Origin: the human T2T-CHM13v2.0 reference genome, Homo sapiens
Assembly (NCBI RefSeq): GCF_009914755.1
Contig: NC_060926.1
Length of the DNA: 64,000 bases
Reading direction: 5' to 3' (one strand)
The position numbers and the translations under genes are program-made. The notes below the pieces were generated by a model that was not told the origin of the DNA, did not search any database, and saw only the letters and a list, made by a program, of their open reading frames with translations. Shown piece by piece: positions 12,965 to 25,878 of this stretch. Numbering within the stretch: the first letter of the stretch is position 1; each line of letters opens with the position of its first letter.

Positions 12965-14058
12965 ATATCCATTGATCTCGGGTAGTAACTGTTTAAGGCA
13001 ATTGTACTTTTGCTTTTGTATACTGACTTGGTGGATCAAAAAGACACAATTCCCTGGATCTCAAAAAGAGTCAGTAAACATGATAATATTTGATTATTTG
13101 TCATTTAGAAAGTCATTAGATGATTCCAATGCATCTAAATGTTACAACCTTGGCATTTTGGCTCAATAGTTCCCATACAAACAATTTGTAGCTTTTTGAA
13201 GAAAATGAATCCTGGCAACTGACTATAATAAATTTAGCTTCTAAAGGATTAAATGTAATGGTTACATTCTTGATGTATAAACTGTTTGTATAATTTCTTT
13301 TTCTTTTACTTTACTTTTTTTTTTAATTGTTTATACCAGGGAAAACCTAATACGTTATTGTGAATTGTATTATCAGAGGATGATTTGGGCCATCCGGTTT
13401 TGTAGCAGATGGTAAATATTTAATAAGGGAATGCCCCACACAGTCTCTAGTTATTAAATATAAGCCATTACATGTTTTCAATATCCTCCATGCTTATTCT
13501 CAGTGTTAGTGTCTAGGTAGTGTGCTGTGACACAGACAAAAAAATTCTAATACTGTTATTTTCATGTAAAAGTCAGGAAGACGTATTCCAGGATAAGAAA
13601 ATTTCATTAGCTAAACAAGATATTAAATTCAGAGTGACTTGACTTAGAAATTGGATTTTTTTTTGCATGTTAAAAACTTGTTCAAATCTGATCCACTATT
13701 TAAAATGAATATGGCTGAGTTCCAAATTATTTTTTTCTTTACTGTCAGCTTATCTGGAACATCCTGACAGTGGAGTGACCCAATTTATGAAAGCTCTATC
13801 AGTCTGAATAATAACTTAAATTATGATAAAACTTTTCTTAAGAAAAAAGTATATTTTAGCATTTAAATCTTCAGTACAATTAAGGGACACAATGGTTTAT
13901 CTTGCTTTAAAGTTTTATTCTAATAATGAATTGACAAATGCTGATTAAACAAAACTTGGCCATGCTCCCAGCTGTGCTTGATCACTGGAAATAAGATTTT
14001 CCCATGAACAAATATCCATGAAGGGGGCTGACTTCTGTCTACTGTCAAAAGATTTAGC

Positions 14059-14060
14059 AT

Positions 14061-14121
<61 letters not shown>
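14059..14121. repeat. (TACA)3 + (AT)~24 microsatellite
   Basis: Read directly from the sequence. Confidence 0.98.
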
Positions 14122-14125
<4 letters not shown>

Positions 14126-15761
14126 GGATGCTTTTATACTGCAATCAATACTATTAAAATGTTATTAAAATGTTCTTAACTATCAGAAGCACTACAAGAA
14201 ATAAACAATGTTTAATAAAAATGATAAGGTGACAAATTGGCTATTTCATAGTATATTGGGCAGAATATTAGAGGATATATGAAGATATCGAGTTAGGGCT
14301 TGACCTTACTGAAGACTAGCCTTAGCGTCTCGGTTAATCACTGTATGTGAGTGAATGTTTCCTTAGGTGGAAAATTATGGAGAAGACAAGATGAAATTTT
14401 ATAATTCCTTTCATTTATTCTATAAGCATTTTTAAACTGATTGTTTCTATCAGGAAGAAGTTATGTGTTTCTAGTACAAACTTATTTAATAAAATGCTAT
14501 AAAATTGCTTCACTGTGGCCAAAATTAAGGATTTTTTGTTTTTGTTTTTGCTTGAGGAATAATGTGTTTTATGTTAATGTCACTCGCAATATTTCTAACC
14601 TCAAAAAATGTGTATCTCTGACTTATTAAAAAATAAGTTTTATTGAAAGTTGCATTCCTGATGTTTAACTGTGGTGCTATGGAAACTGTGGAGTTTTTAA
14701 GCACAGCACCTGCAGATTCTCACTTTCATGAATAAAACCTAAAGGAAACTGTGTTCATTCTCGCATAAAGTGTCACTTCTGGGAGTATATACATCACTCT
14801 AATTTCACTCCTTAACCTAATAAATAGTACTCAAGAAAATATGTGTCCAGTGAAAGTGTTTACTTTTCATATAATTACAGATTATTCTAAGTAATTTTAT
14901 TTATTAATAATATAGAGGTAATATTTTATGACTTTCATTAGTATTTCAGAAGTTACCACTTCACATGAATTAAACTCCTCTTTGAGAATAAGGCATACTC
15001 ATTCTAAAGTCTGAGAATGACGGGTTGTTTGACATATCACAAATTGATCATTCAAACCAACTTTTTAGGTCTTAGGAACTTGATAGTTATAACTTTGTTT
15101 TATTATGTATTCATAATTTATTTGCTATAGAAACAAATTAGGTTGGCATCAAAATGTTGTACGAAATGATGGAGATTCTATGTGAATAATACTGTGGAAT
15201 AAACAATTCTGAGATGTTTACTTAATTACTTTTGCATATCTGCTCATTAAAAAATAAATCTCTTTACATGGTGTTCTTAAATTTTTCACATACCACAACA
15301 GGTGAATTCGCACTTTTCTTCCTTTATTTTCTTTGTATGATATGTTGAATATGACTCTAAAGTAACATGTGATAATAGATAAAATGTAATCTGTAGATAA
15401 CCTGCCTTGAAAAATTTAGCAAGTTTGGCATCAACTCCCAAATCTTAATCATATCAATTAATTGCAATTAAAACTTTCTTTTATTGAGTTTTATTTAAAA
15501 TACAATAAATCACGGTGGAAATCTCAACACAGTATAATCTGACATAGATACCTTGCAAATTAAAGCAACATAAAACTGGCCTAAAAATTATGATATTTCT
15601 CTTGGTCGCTGTGATTGACTATGACTTGGGGACAGTCTGTGGCAAAAGCAATAGAAACATCTCCAAGTGTCTGGTATTTAAATTTGTCCTTGAGATCAAC
15701 CCTGTTATTTTTTGTAAACAAAAAACAAAATAGAAAATCTAGTCAGTCATGTAAGTAGTTA

Positions 15762-16812
15762 GTTGTTTTTAGTTCTGTGAAGAAAGATGGTAGTTTGATA
15801 GGAGTAACATTAAATCTGTAAATTGCTTTGGGCTGTATGGTCATTTTAATGGTACTAATTTTTCCAATCCATGAGCATGGAATGTTTTTCCATTGATTTG
15901 TGTCTCTGATTTCTTGTAGCAGAGTTTTGTAGTTCTCCTTGTAGAGGTATTTTACCTCCTTGGTTAGTTGTATTCCTAGGTATTTTATTTTCTTTGTGGC
16001 TGTTGTAAATGGGACTGTGTTCTTCATTTGACTCTCAGCCTGATCATTATTGGCATATAGAAATACTACAGATTTCTGTATATGATTTTGTATCCTGAAA
16101 CCTTCCTAAAATGGTTTATCAGCTCTGTTAGCATTTTGGCAGTCTTTGGGGCTTTCTAGGTATAGAATCATATCATCAGTTAAGAGAGATATTTTGACTT
16201 CTTTTTTTCCTCTTTGGATGCTTTTTATTTTTTCTCTTGACTGATTCCTCTGGTTAGGACTTCCAGGACTATGTTTAATAGGAGTGGTAGACAGGACATC
16301 CTAAGTCATACAAGCAGCCATCAAACATATGAAAAATGCTCAACATCATTAATCATCAGACAAATGCAAATCAAATTCACAATGAGATACCATCTCACAA
16401 CCAGTCAGAATGGCTATTATTAAAAAGTCAAAAAACAACGTGTACTGGAGAGGCTGCATATACACTAGAAATACTAGACAGCCATAAACAAGAATAAAAT
16501 CATATCCTTTGAAGTAACATGGATGGAGCAAGAGGCCATAATCCTAAGCAAATTATCACAGGAACAGAAAACCAAATACCACATATTCTCACTTATAAGT
16601 AAGAGCTAAGCATTGAAGATACATGGACATATAGAAGCAATAGACACTCTGGAATACTAGACAAGGAGGTAGGAAGCGGGGAATGGGTTGAAAGATTATC
16701 TATGGTGTACTGTACTCACTATCTGGGTGGAATATACCCATGTAACAAACCTGCATATGTATCCCACTGAATCTAAAATAAAAGTTCAAATTAAAAAAAA
16801 TAAACAAATAGA
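15762..16812 (+). mobile_element. L1PA13-16/L1PB-like insertion with 5' inversion (15762-16302 antisense ORF2; 16303-16812 sense 3' end and A tail)
   Basis: ORF 15743..16027(-) encodes L1 ORF2 text ([24 protein letters not shown]). The sense part ends AACAAACCTGCATATGTATCCC..CTAAAATAAAAGTT followed by an A-rich tail. Confidence 0.88.
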
Positions 16813-18246
16813 AATAAAACACATGCCAATCATTTTAAGACTATGAGTTCTGAAATCTATTGCAAAAAATAAAATTCCAGTGGAATTATTTCCATCATCA
16901 TAAAAATTGTGAATATATTGCAGTTAGAGTATAAAGTGACGGTAAAAATTGTAAAAACAAAATGAAAATAGGTAGTTAATTAGGTATGTAGCTTCCCATA
17001 GCTCATTGTTCTATATTAATTTTCATTCTATCCTGGAGGAAGACCTCATCAATTTTTAATGTTATATGAGACATCCTATTTTTGTGTCTCTCTCTGACTT
17101 TTATATATTTAAATTAGATTTTTTTAAAGTTTCAGATATTTAATTTAAAATATTGTCTTTATACAAATTACACTTATAATAAGAAAAGTTGTTTAATTTT
17201 ACAATATGTTAAAATATTAAACATTTTGAATTTATGCCAAAATTGGTGACCTGATTTCAGTGTGTTGTTTATTAGAACCAAATAGATTTAACCTCTCCTA
17301 AAGCATAATATAAAACTTTTGATATTTTATATGCTCAAAATAAGTACAATAGTTTTTTTTTAAGATCTAAAAATACAGAATTAACAAGACAACGGGCCAG
17401 AATATCGTGTAAAGTAGCAGTAAGTTTCAGCTTGTTAAAACTCTAATTACAACTTTTTGAGGCAGCAGTAGGTCTTATTTCATTCAGTACATTCAAAGGT
17501 GAGTGCTGGATATGCCAAAAAAGAAGACTTATTGTAAAAAGTATAAGCAAAATGTGGGAAACATAATTTTTAAATTTGGAAATAATATAGAAAAGTGATA
17601 TTCACCTATTCATACATATCTTGCTAATTGTGCTGAGAAAAATAGTAAAGGAAATAACACAATACTGAAAAAAGAAACATGCAAACTGAATTTATTATCT
17701 CTTAATCTCTGGTTGGTTTAACTTTGGAATGTTAAAGGGTGGTTGGCATCTAAGAGAGTGTTAGAAAAATGAAAAAATAAGAGTGTAAGATATTTCTAAC
17801 AAATATATATTGGAAGTAGAGCAGAAAATTCATTTTTTCTTCAGAAATTTAGTCTTCATTTACATGCATGAGTTTCACCATGGGACACATAATGTATTAT
17901 ACAGAATAATAGGGAACTGTAAAGCATGTAGAGAAGAGTTGAACTAAAGGCTACTAAATATAAGTATCTTGAATTATAAATAAAGGAGGAGGAAAAAATA
18001 AGAAATTAAAAACTAAAATAGTTCTGTGAAAAAAATCATTTTGCAAAAATCCTGCTAATTGTAAAGGAAAAGAATTAGAAATTTGATTAGGACTGGAAAG
18101 AAGATGTAGAGGAAAAAAAAAAGAGCTTTAAAATGTTTAATAGTGAGCCTCCCAAGTTTAAAAAGAGAGGTGACATAGTACTCATGGAGTAGACCACTGA
18201 TTTTAGAACAGAATAATCAAATATGTTTTGCATAGAATTGTATTGA

Positions 18247-18333
18247 CAAGCTAGGAAATAAGTAATGACATGAAGATCTAGCATTAGAAGATTTAATACT
18301 AGATCTTCATGTCATTACTTATTTTCTAGCTTG
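18247..18333. repeat. Inverted repeat: 40-bp arms (38/40), 7-nt spacer
   Basis: CAAGCTAGGAAATAAGTAATGACATGAAGATCTAGCATTA-gaagatt-TAATACTAGATCTTCATGTCATTACTTATTTTCTAGCTTG. Confidence 0.97.
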
Positions 18334-18334
18334 A

Positions 18335-19345
18335 TAGTGGTATCACATGGTAGTGGTATCATGCTGTTGTTTTAATTTTCTCTGATGACATATGATGTGA
18401 AACACTTTTCCGTATGCTTATTTTCCCTCTGTGTATCTTCCTTTGTGAAGTGTCTGTTAAGATCTTTGGTCCATTTACCTATTTGGAGTGTTTGTTATCT
18501 TATTGTTGAGTTTTAAGAGCTTTTGTATATTTTAAACAACAGTCTTTAAACAGATGTGTCTTTTGTAAATATTTTCTCTCAGCCTATGGCTTTTCTTCTC
18601 ATTTTCTTAACATTGTCTTATATATTTATTAAATTTGTACCTAGATATTTCATTTTTGGGAGGTGTTAATGCAAATGATACTTTTTTATTTCAAATTACA
18701 ATATTCTTTGGCGGTGTATAGGGAAGTGATTGACTTTTATATATTAATTTTGTATATTGCAACCTTGTTATAACTGCTTATTTAACCAAGGACTTTTTTG
18801 ACTCTTGAATTTTCTATACAGACCATTGTAACCTCTACAAACAAAGACAGTTTTTCTTTCTTTCTTTCCAATGTGTATGCCCTTTATTTACTTTTCCTGT
18901 CTTATTGCATTAACTTGGAATTCCATTATGATGAAAAGGAATGGTGAGAGGGGACATCCTAGTCTTGTTCCTGATCTTAGTAGGAAAAGTTCAAGTTTAT
19001 CGCCATTAAGTATGATATTAACTGTAGGTTTGTTGTTGATATTCTTTATCAAGCTGATGAGGTTATCTTCTAGTTTTAGTTTTCTGAGAGGTTTTTTTAG
19101 TCATTAATTAATGTTAGATTTTGTGAAATGCTTTTTCTGTATCTATTGATGTTGATTTTCACTGTAATGTATCTGTTTGATATTTTTCGTTTTGTATTTT
19201 TCTTGCTTGAGATTTGCTGATCTTAAATTTGTGAGTTTATATTTTCATCATCTGTGAAAACTCTTAGCTATTATATTCCAATTTTTTTTTTCTGCTCCAT
19301 TCTCTCTAACTTCTCCTGGAACTCCAATTGTACGTATGTTATGAG
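18335..19345 (-). mobile_element. Old L1M (L1MC/MD-like) ORF2 and ORF1 fragments
   Basis: TCTGATGACATATGATGTGAAACACTTTT; GGTGAGAGGGGACATCCTAGTCTTGTTCCTGATCTTAG; ORF1-type TTCTCCTGGAACTCCAATT near 19310. Confidence 0.8.
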
Positions 19346-19399
19346 TAATATTTTATTGGTTATATAAATATATAAATTCGATATATATATATGTACACT

Positions 19400-20225
19400 A
19401 AAGGGCTTACTCCAAAACATAATGTGAACTTTTGTACTCAATGATAAGCAAAAGCAATCTAATCAAAAATTGACAAAATATTTGAAACAATATTTCACAA
19501 AATGATTAATAAATATTACATAGTATTACATAATTACCAATATAATTATCCTTCAGAAAATGCATATTAAAATTCCATGAGATACTTAGTTCATTAACAA
19601 AAACAATTCTGTGTTTTGAGTTGGATATGGAGTTACTAGAACACTCAGATATTGCTGATGGAAATAAAAAATGTACAAGTTTGGGGAGCAATTTAACAGT
19701 TTTTCATACAGTTAGACACAAATATATTATAGGACTGAGTTATTCAAGTTCTAGATACTTGCCCAAGGAAAACAGAACATCTACATACACAAAGATCTAT
19801 ACACTAAAGTTCCTAGTAGCTTTATTCATACTAACCCCTAAAACTAGAAACAGCCATAATTTTCAACGCTCAATGGATTACAAATTGTATATGTATAAAA
19901 TGAAATACACCTCAGAAATAAAAATGTATAAACTACATGAATTAATCTCAAAAACATTATGCTTAACAAAAAAAAACCAGATTCAAAAGAATATATGATT
20001 TACATAAAATTATAGATTAAACACAACTTATCTACAGTTAACAGAAACTATATTTGTGGTTTTCATGAGCGGGGGATAGAAGAATGACAGCAAAGAGAAA
20101 CTTTTATGGTGATGGAAATGGTTGTGGTGGTATTTGTATGGATATTTATATTTTTCAAAACACTCTTGTACAAATAAGGTAGTTGCATTGTCGATGTAAA
20201 TTTTACATCGATAGATATGAACAAT
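19400..20225 (+). mobile_element. L1ME-like 3' end
   Basis: TAGCTTTATTCATACTAACCCC..AACTAGAAACA; CATGAATTAATCTCAAAACATTATGC; AACTTTTATGGTGATGGAAATG. Confidence 0.75.
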
Positions 20226-20360
20226 AGGAGAATATATTTCTCTGTCACCTGTACAGCTACACAAATCAGTCACAGCAGGGTTAGAAGGTTAGAGGGACTG
20301 AAATATTTCAATACAGGAATATAGAAATGTGGTTCTAGACTTTTTATGCTTATGACACTG

Positions 20361-20361
<1 letters not shown>

Positions 20362-20411
<50 letters not shown>
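20362..20411. repeat. (AC)25 microsatellite
   Basis: Read directly from the sequence. Confidence 0.98.
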
Positions 20412-20414
<3 letters not shown>

Positions 20415-20561
20415 AAAGCTCTTAGTGGTTTCTATTTACCCCCAGGCACAAAGGGCTTATCTCTTGTTAGCGTTAATATTTTGATTTTTTTTCCTTTAAT
20501 TGGGTAAATTATCTTTCTTTGCATTCTTAGGTAGATTGCTTTTTAAGAATATATGATTTTT

Positions 20562-20861
20562 AGCAGGGCACAGTGGCTCACTCCTGTAATCCCAGCACTT
20601 TGGGAAGCCGAGGTGGGCAGATCGCGAGGTCAGGAGTTCGAGACCAGCTTGACCAACATGGTGAAACCCCATCTCTACTAAAAATACAAAAATTAGCCGG
20701 GTGTGGTAGCGCGTGCCTGTAATCCCAGCTACTCAGGAGGCTGAGGCTGGAGAATCCTTGAACCCAGGAGGTGGAGGGTGCAGTGAGTCGAGATTGTGCC
20801 ATGGGCCACAGAGCGAGACTCCGTCTCAAAAAAAAAAAAAAAAAGAAGAAGAAGAAAGAAG
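20562..20861 (+). mobile_element. Alu (AluSg-like) with 17-bp TSD
   Basis: Full dimer with an A/(GAA) tail. Perfect TSD AAGAATATATGATTTTT at 20545-20561 and 20862-20878. Small deletion in the right arm. Confidence 0.97.
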
Positions 20862-22029
20862 AAGAATATATGATTTTTGTAGTGTGCCCAACCAGTCCTA
20901 TTTGTTACATGTTGACCAACAGTCTCTTAAAGCTTTTTAGTTAGTGGAAGGATCCTCACAAATATTGCCTGTGCTATGTTCCCTTCTACCTCATAAGCAT
21001 TTGTTCTTATGTTTGAAACAGAACATTAAACATGCATGTATCTTAGCAGTAGTGTTTCGTACACTTCAGCTTTAATTTACATAAATAATATTGTGTAATA
21101 AATATTATTCTAATTTTTCACATAAACTTATGTTTTTCTAATTTGTCCTTTCTTTCTTTTTTCACTATTCTCACAAAGCCAGGATTTCACAATTTGTTTT
21201 CTATAGAATAATAATTTCATGAATCTCTTTTAAAAATTGGTTCTTATAATAGTTTAGGAAACTCTATATACTATAGTATTTAGTATTTAGCATTTCTATA
21301 TTGAGGGTTTAGCCACAATACTAAATTATTAATTTAATGAAGTATTTCAAAAATCTAATTTACTTAGGAATGTCCATGTGTACATGAATAAAAAATTTTT
21401 TCCTCCCACATTTATAAAGTTTCCATAGAACAAAAATTAGAAAATACATTGTATCTTACTTTGAAAATATTGCCTCAGTAAACTGTTTTTGAAATTTTAT
21501 CAACTCTTCCTGTGCACAACCCATATCTCCTCTTTCCAAAGTAATCCAGATTTTAATATGTTGAAGTATTACCCTCTTCTTGTACTCCCACTCCACTTGA
21601 TATCTATCCAATAATATGGAGGTTGTTTTGCTAACTAGAAGCTCATAAACCACACATAGGACTCATCAAATGAAAGGCTTAGCAGTTTTGTGGTTAGATA
21701 AGGACACATTTATTTAGGGGGGATTCCCACATGCCAGTATCTCAAGGTTATTTGGGTACTTTCCCAAGGTAGTTCTCCAAATTATTACCTTTGGGATATC
21801 TACTTTGCTTCATCTTTCAGGTCTAGAGATATCAAGATCTATCAAACATCTTTTTATTCTTATTTCCGTTTGTAACTGATATTTATAAATGTAACTAGTC
21901 ACACTCACAAATTTTGCAAAAGATTAAGCTCCTTGCATCTGACAGAGTTGAAGAAGGATTAATTCACTAGAGAATTCAAATCCATTCATGTTTATTAGGC
22001 TTTGAGTAATGTTTTTCTTTCTTACTCTT

Positions 22030-23290
22030 AAATATAAAATTAAATAGACAAGCCAATGATCATCAGCTATTTGTGAAAAGTTCCAGTCACAAAGGACATA
22101 AAAACAAAAATAAACAAATAAACCAACAAAGAAAACAAGTTGAGTAGGATAAATTTTAAAAAGTAAAAAATAGCATAAGCATCAAGAGAAAGCGTTAAAA
22201 CTAAACAAATTACTTAAAGTGATAAGGGAATATATTGTATTCATGAAGCAACAGAGGTGAATGTTTAAAAAGAATCAATTAAAACACTCTAAAAAGTTAA
22301 ATATAATAACCAAAAAAGAAAAAAATAACCATCAGTAGAAATGATTGGGAAGAATTAAAATCGAAAAAGACAAAATGTAAGAAATTCACTGGATCAGTCC
22401 TAAAGTTGCTGGAACAGAAAATTGGAAACAAACATGGAAAATATTAAACAAATGAAACTTCTTTTTTATCTGTTAAAGAAGCCTTCCTTGTGCTCAGAGC
22501 AATGACTGGAAATTAGTATGAATGGAGACATCCATGTGCTCAGAACAATTACTATATAAAACCCTCATAAATATGCAATATCTTGAAATTTCAAAGGATG
22601 AACAGAAAAAGTCCAGTAGCTTAATGTGTGTGGATGAGAGGGAGGGTGCTCTTAATCGGGAAGAATTAAAATCTGATTTTAAAAATCAATTCCTGGTGCT
22701 AGAAGACAATGGAGAAACTATTTTCAAGTTTCTGAGGACAAATTTGCTCTACATTATAATTCAATTATCAACCAGATTGCTAATCATTTTTGAGAATAGG
22801 ATAAACATATTTTCACCCATAGAAGGAAAATAGAACTTCCACGCCTTCTTTGAGAAGCTCATACAAATGTACTTCAGCAACAGTAACATCAACACCCCCA
22901 CAGCCATCACCACTACCACCACCAACTATAGGGCACACAAAGAGAATAGAAGCCAGGAAATTGTGCAACCATCTTATGTTGAAATTGGAGGTCATTTGAA
23001 AATCATTCCTAAAATGCTAAGAGATTTAAAGGAAAGGGTGAGTATGAAATTGAAATGTCCAGGAAGAAAAGAAACTACGAAGCAAGAAGAGGGTTTTGAA
23101 AAGTAGTAAAGCTAAGTGGTTACTAAGAAATGCAAGTAAAAATTAACATTGTATGTGAAACAATAACAGTATGGAATTTAAATCATGGGATAATGTTTGG
23201 CATGACATTGACTAATAAATTCTAAGTCAGTGATATAAGCTCTAATTATTGACTCAAACTTTTGATACAGTTTTGTTACACATTGTTGTC
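22030..23290 (+). mobile_element. HAL1 or old L1 ORF1-like remnant; probably resumes at about 24870-25120
   Basis: A-rich sense strand with ORF1-type motif GTGCTAGAAGACAATGGAGAAACTATTTTCAAGTTTCTGAGG..ATAAACATATTTTCA. Confidence 0.5.
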
Positions 23291-23303
23291 ATAGATTTCT
23301 TGT

Positions 23304-24505
23304 ATTTAATATCTTTACTGACGTATAACTGTTATACAAAAACTGCACATATTTAATGTATAAAACTAATGAAGGTAGATATTACACATAAACCCATGAA
23401 ACCATCACCACAATCAAGGTAATATACATATTCGTCACTTTCAAAAGTTTCTGTGTGCCTCTCCCTTTTTATCGTGGTAAGAACACATCATGAAATCTGC
23501 CCTCTTAAAAATATTTAAAGTTAACAATACAGTATTGCTAACTATAGGCACCATGTTGTACAGCAGAGCTCTAGAATTTATTCATCTGGCATAACTGAAA
23601 CTTTGTGCCCCTTGACCAACATCTCTTCATCTCTCCCTTTCTCCAGCCCCTGGAAACCATGATTCTATTTTCTCCTTCAATGAGTTTGGCTATTTTAGAT
23701 ACCTGACATAAATGGAATAATTTAGAATTTGTTCCTATGTGACTGACTTATTTCACTTAGCATAATGTCTTCCAGGTTAATCGTGTTGTCACTAATGGCA
23801 AGATTTCTTTTTTTTTTTTTTAATGGCTGAATACCATTCCATTGCATGTACAAAGCACATTTATTTATCGATTCATCTGCTGATGGACAGATACAGGACA
23901 GATAATCTTGTTTCTACACCTGGTCTATTGTGAATAGTACTGCAATGAACATGAACATTATATCTCTTCGAAACACTGATTTTATAGATTTTGGATATAT
24001 GCTTAGAAGTGAGATTGCTGAGTCACATAGTTCTATTTTAAATTTTTTTGAGGAATCTCTATACTATTTTCCTTAGCAGCTGCACCATTTTACATTTGTA
24101 TCAACATTGTTGCAAGGGTTCCAGTTTCTCCACATCCTAGCCAATACTTGTTATCTTCTTTTAAAATTTGTTTTTTTATAATAGCCATTATGACAGGTGT
24201 GAGGTGATAGTTTATCAAGATTTTGATTTGTGTTTCCTTGATCATTAGTAACAATGAACACCTTTTCATATACCTGTTGGTCATTTGTATGTCTTTTTCA
24301 GAGAAATGTCTATTCAAGTCTTCTGTTCATTTTTTAATAAGGTTATTTTTAAAATTAAATTAGTTTTGATTTTGCGATTGCATTTTAGATGTCCTTATAT
24401 ATGTTTTTTATATCAACCACTTGTCAGATACATGGTTTGTAAATAATTTTCTCCCATTCCATAGGTTACCTTTTTATTGTTTATTGTTTTCCTTTTTGTA
24501 CTGAA
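23304..24505 (-). mobile_element. L1MA10/L1MB1-like 3' end
   Basis: CATGAAACCATCACCACAATCAAGG; GGTAAGAACAC; CTATAGGCACCATGTTGTACAGCAGAGCTCTAGAA; ORF 24090..24317(-) is an ORF2 C-terminal remnant (MNRHFS..YHLTPV). Confidence 0.9.
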
Positions 24506-25354
24506 GATTATTAGGATTTTACTTATTTTACTTGGCTTGGTTAATGAGACTCAAATTGAGACTCAAAGCCAGCAACAGAGTGCTTTCAAGTAACAAACAT
24601 TTTTTTGTCCAGACATTTCCAGGATTAGTAAGAATAAATCAGTCCAAACCAGTTTTAATATCCAGAAACATCAACACAGCTGTCCATGTTTGAAAACATA
24701 AGGCTCAAGAAAAAGTGAATCCTCACGGTCTGGAATTATTCATTAAGGAGGTAATGCAGCCGCTTTTTACGTTCTATGGCCCAAGAAGAGGGCGTGGGCT
24801 TCCTCTCCCTCAAAACCAAGGAATATGGGAGCGGTATAAGAGTGTCAAATCGTAGAGGAAATGAAAACATCATATCTCAAGTTGATAAAATACTGCTCAG
24901 CACGATATTTAAAAACTGGGGCAGAACTAATTGTAGAGTGATTCAAAAGATATAAGTAGTTGCCTGGTGTTAGGGATGTAGAACTGAGGAGTAGGACTGT
25001 GGGGAGGTAGATTTATATACTTGTTTTTCATTTATGTCTTTCAATATTGCTTATATTGTTTACCTATATGTATGCATATATATGCATTGTTTTGACAAAA
25101 CATGAGTTTTACATGTATATCTTTAAAAGAGTTGTATTTATGGAGCTTATGATAGAAGAATGAACTACTGATTAATGAAACAGAATCGTAGAGGTAAGCA
25201 CATCTCTGAGAACGATTTTTTAGATTATGTTGACCTAGATTATTAGCTTTACAAAGTATAACTTCTGTTCCGAAGCTTTGCAGTGGCAGAAAGTAGAACT
25301 TCTTGGAATATCCATATGTAATCTGACTGTAGAGGACTCATTTTGACCAAGTTT

Positions 25355-25878
<524 letters not shown>

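Noticed and set aside
13741-13771. ACTGTCAG...CTGACAGT inverted MEIS-like pair
   Set aside because: 8-bp arms are expected by chance in 64 kb.
13920-14144. ORFs with YIYIYI runs (also 27203-27499, 41750-41932)
   Set aside because: Translations of (TA)n microsatellites.
17472-17504. Strong donor AAG|GTGAGT with an upstream TTCAG (11-nt exon)
   Set aside because: Not frame-preserving, short pyrimidine tract, and no supporting ORF or partner exon.
24745-24763. AAGGAGGTAATGCAGCCGC resembles the reverse complement of the bacterial 16S rRNA 3' end (17/19)
   Set aside because: The flanks show no rRNA similarity, so it is treated as chance.
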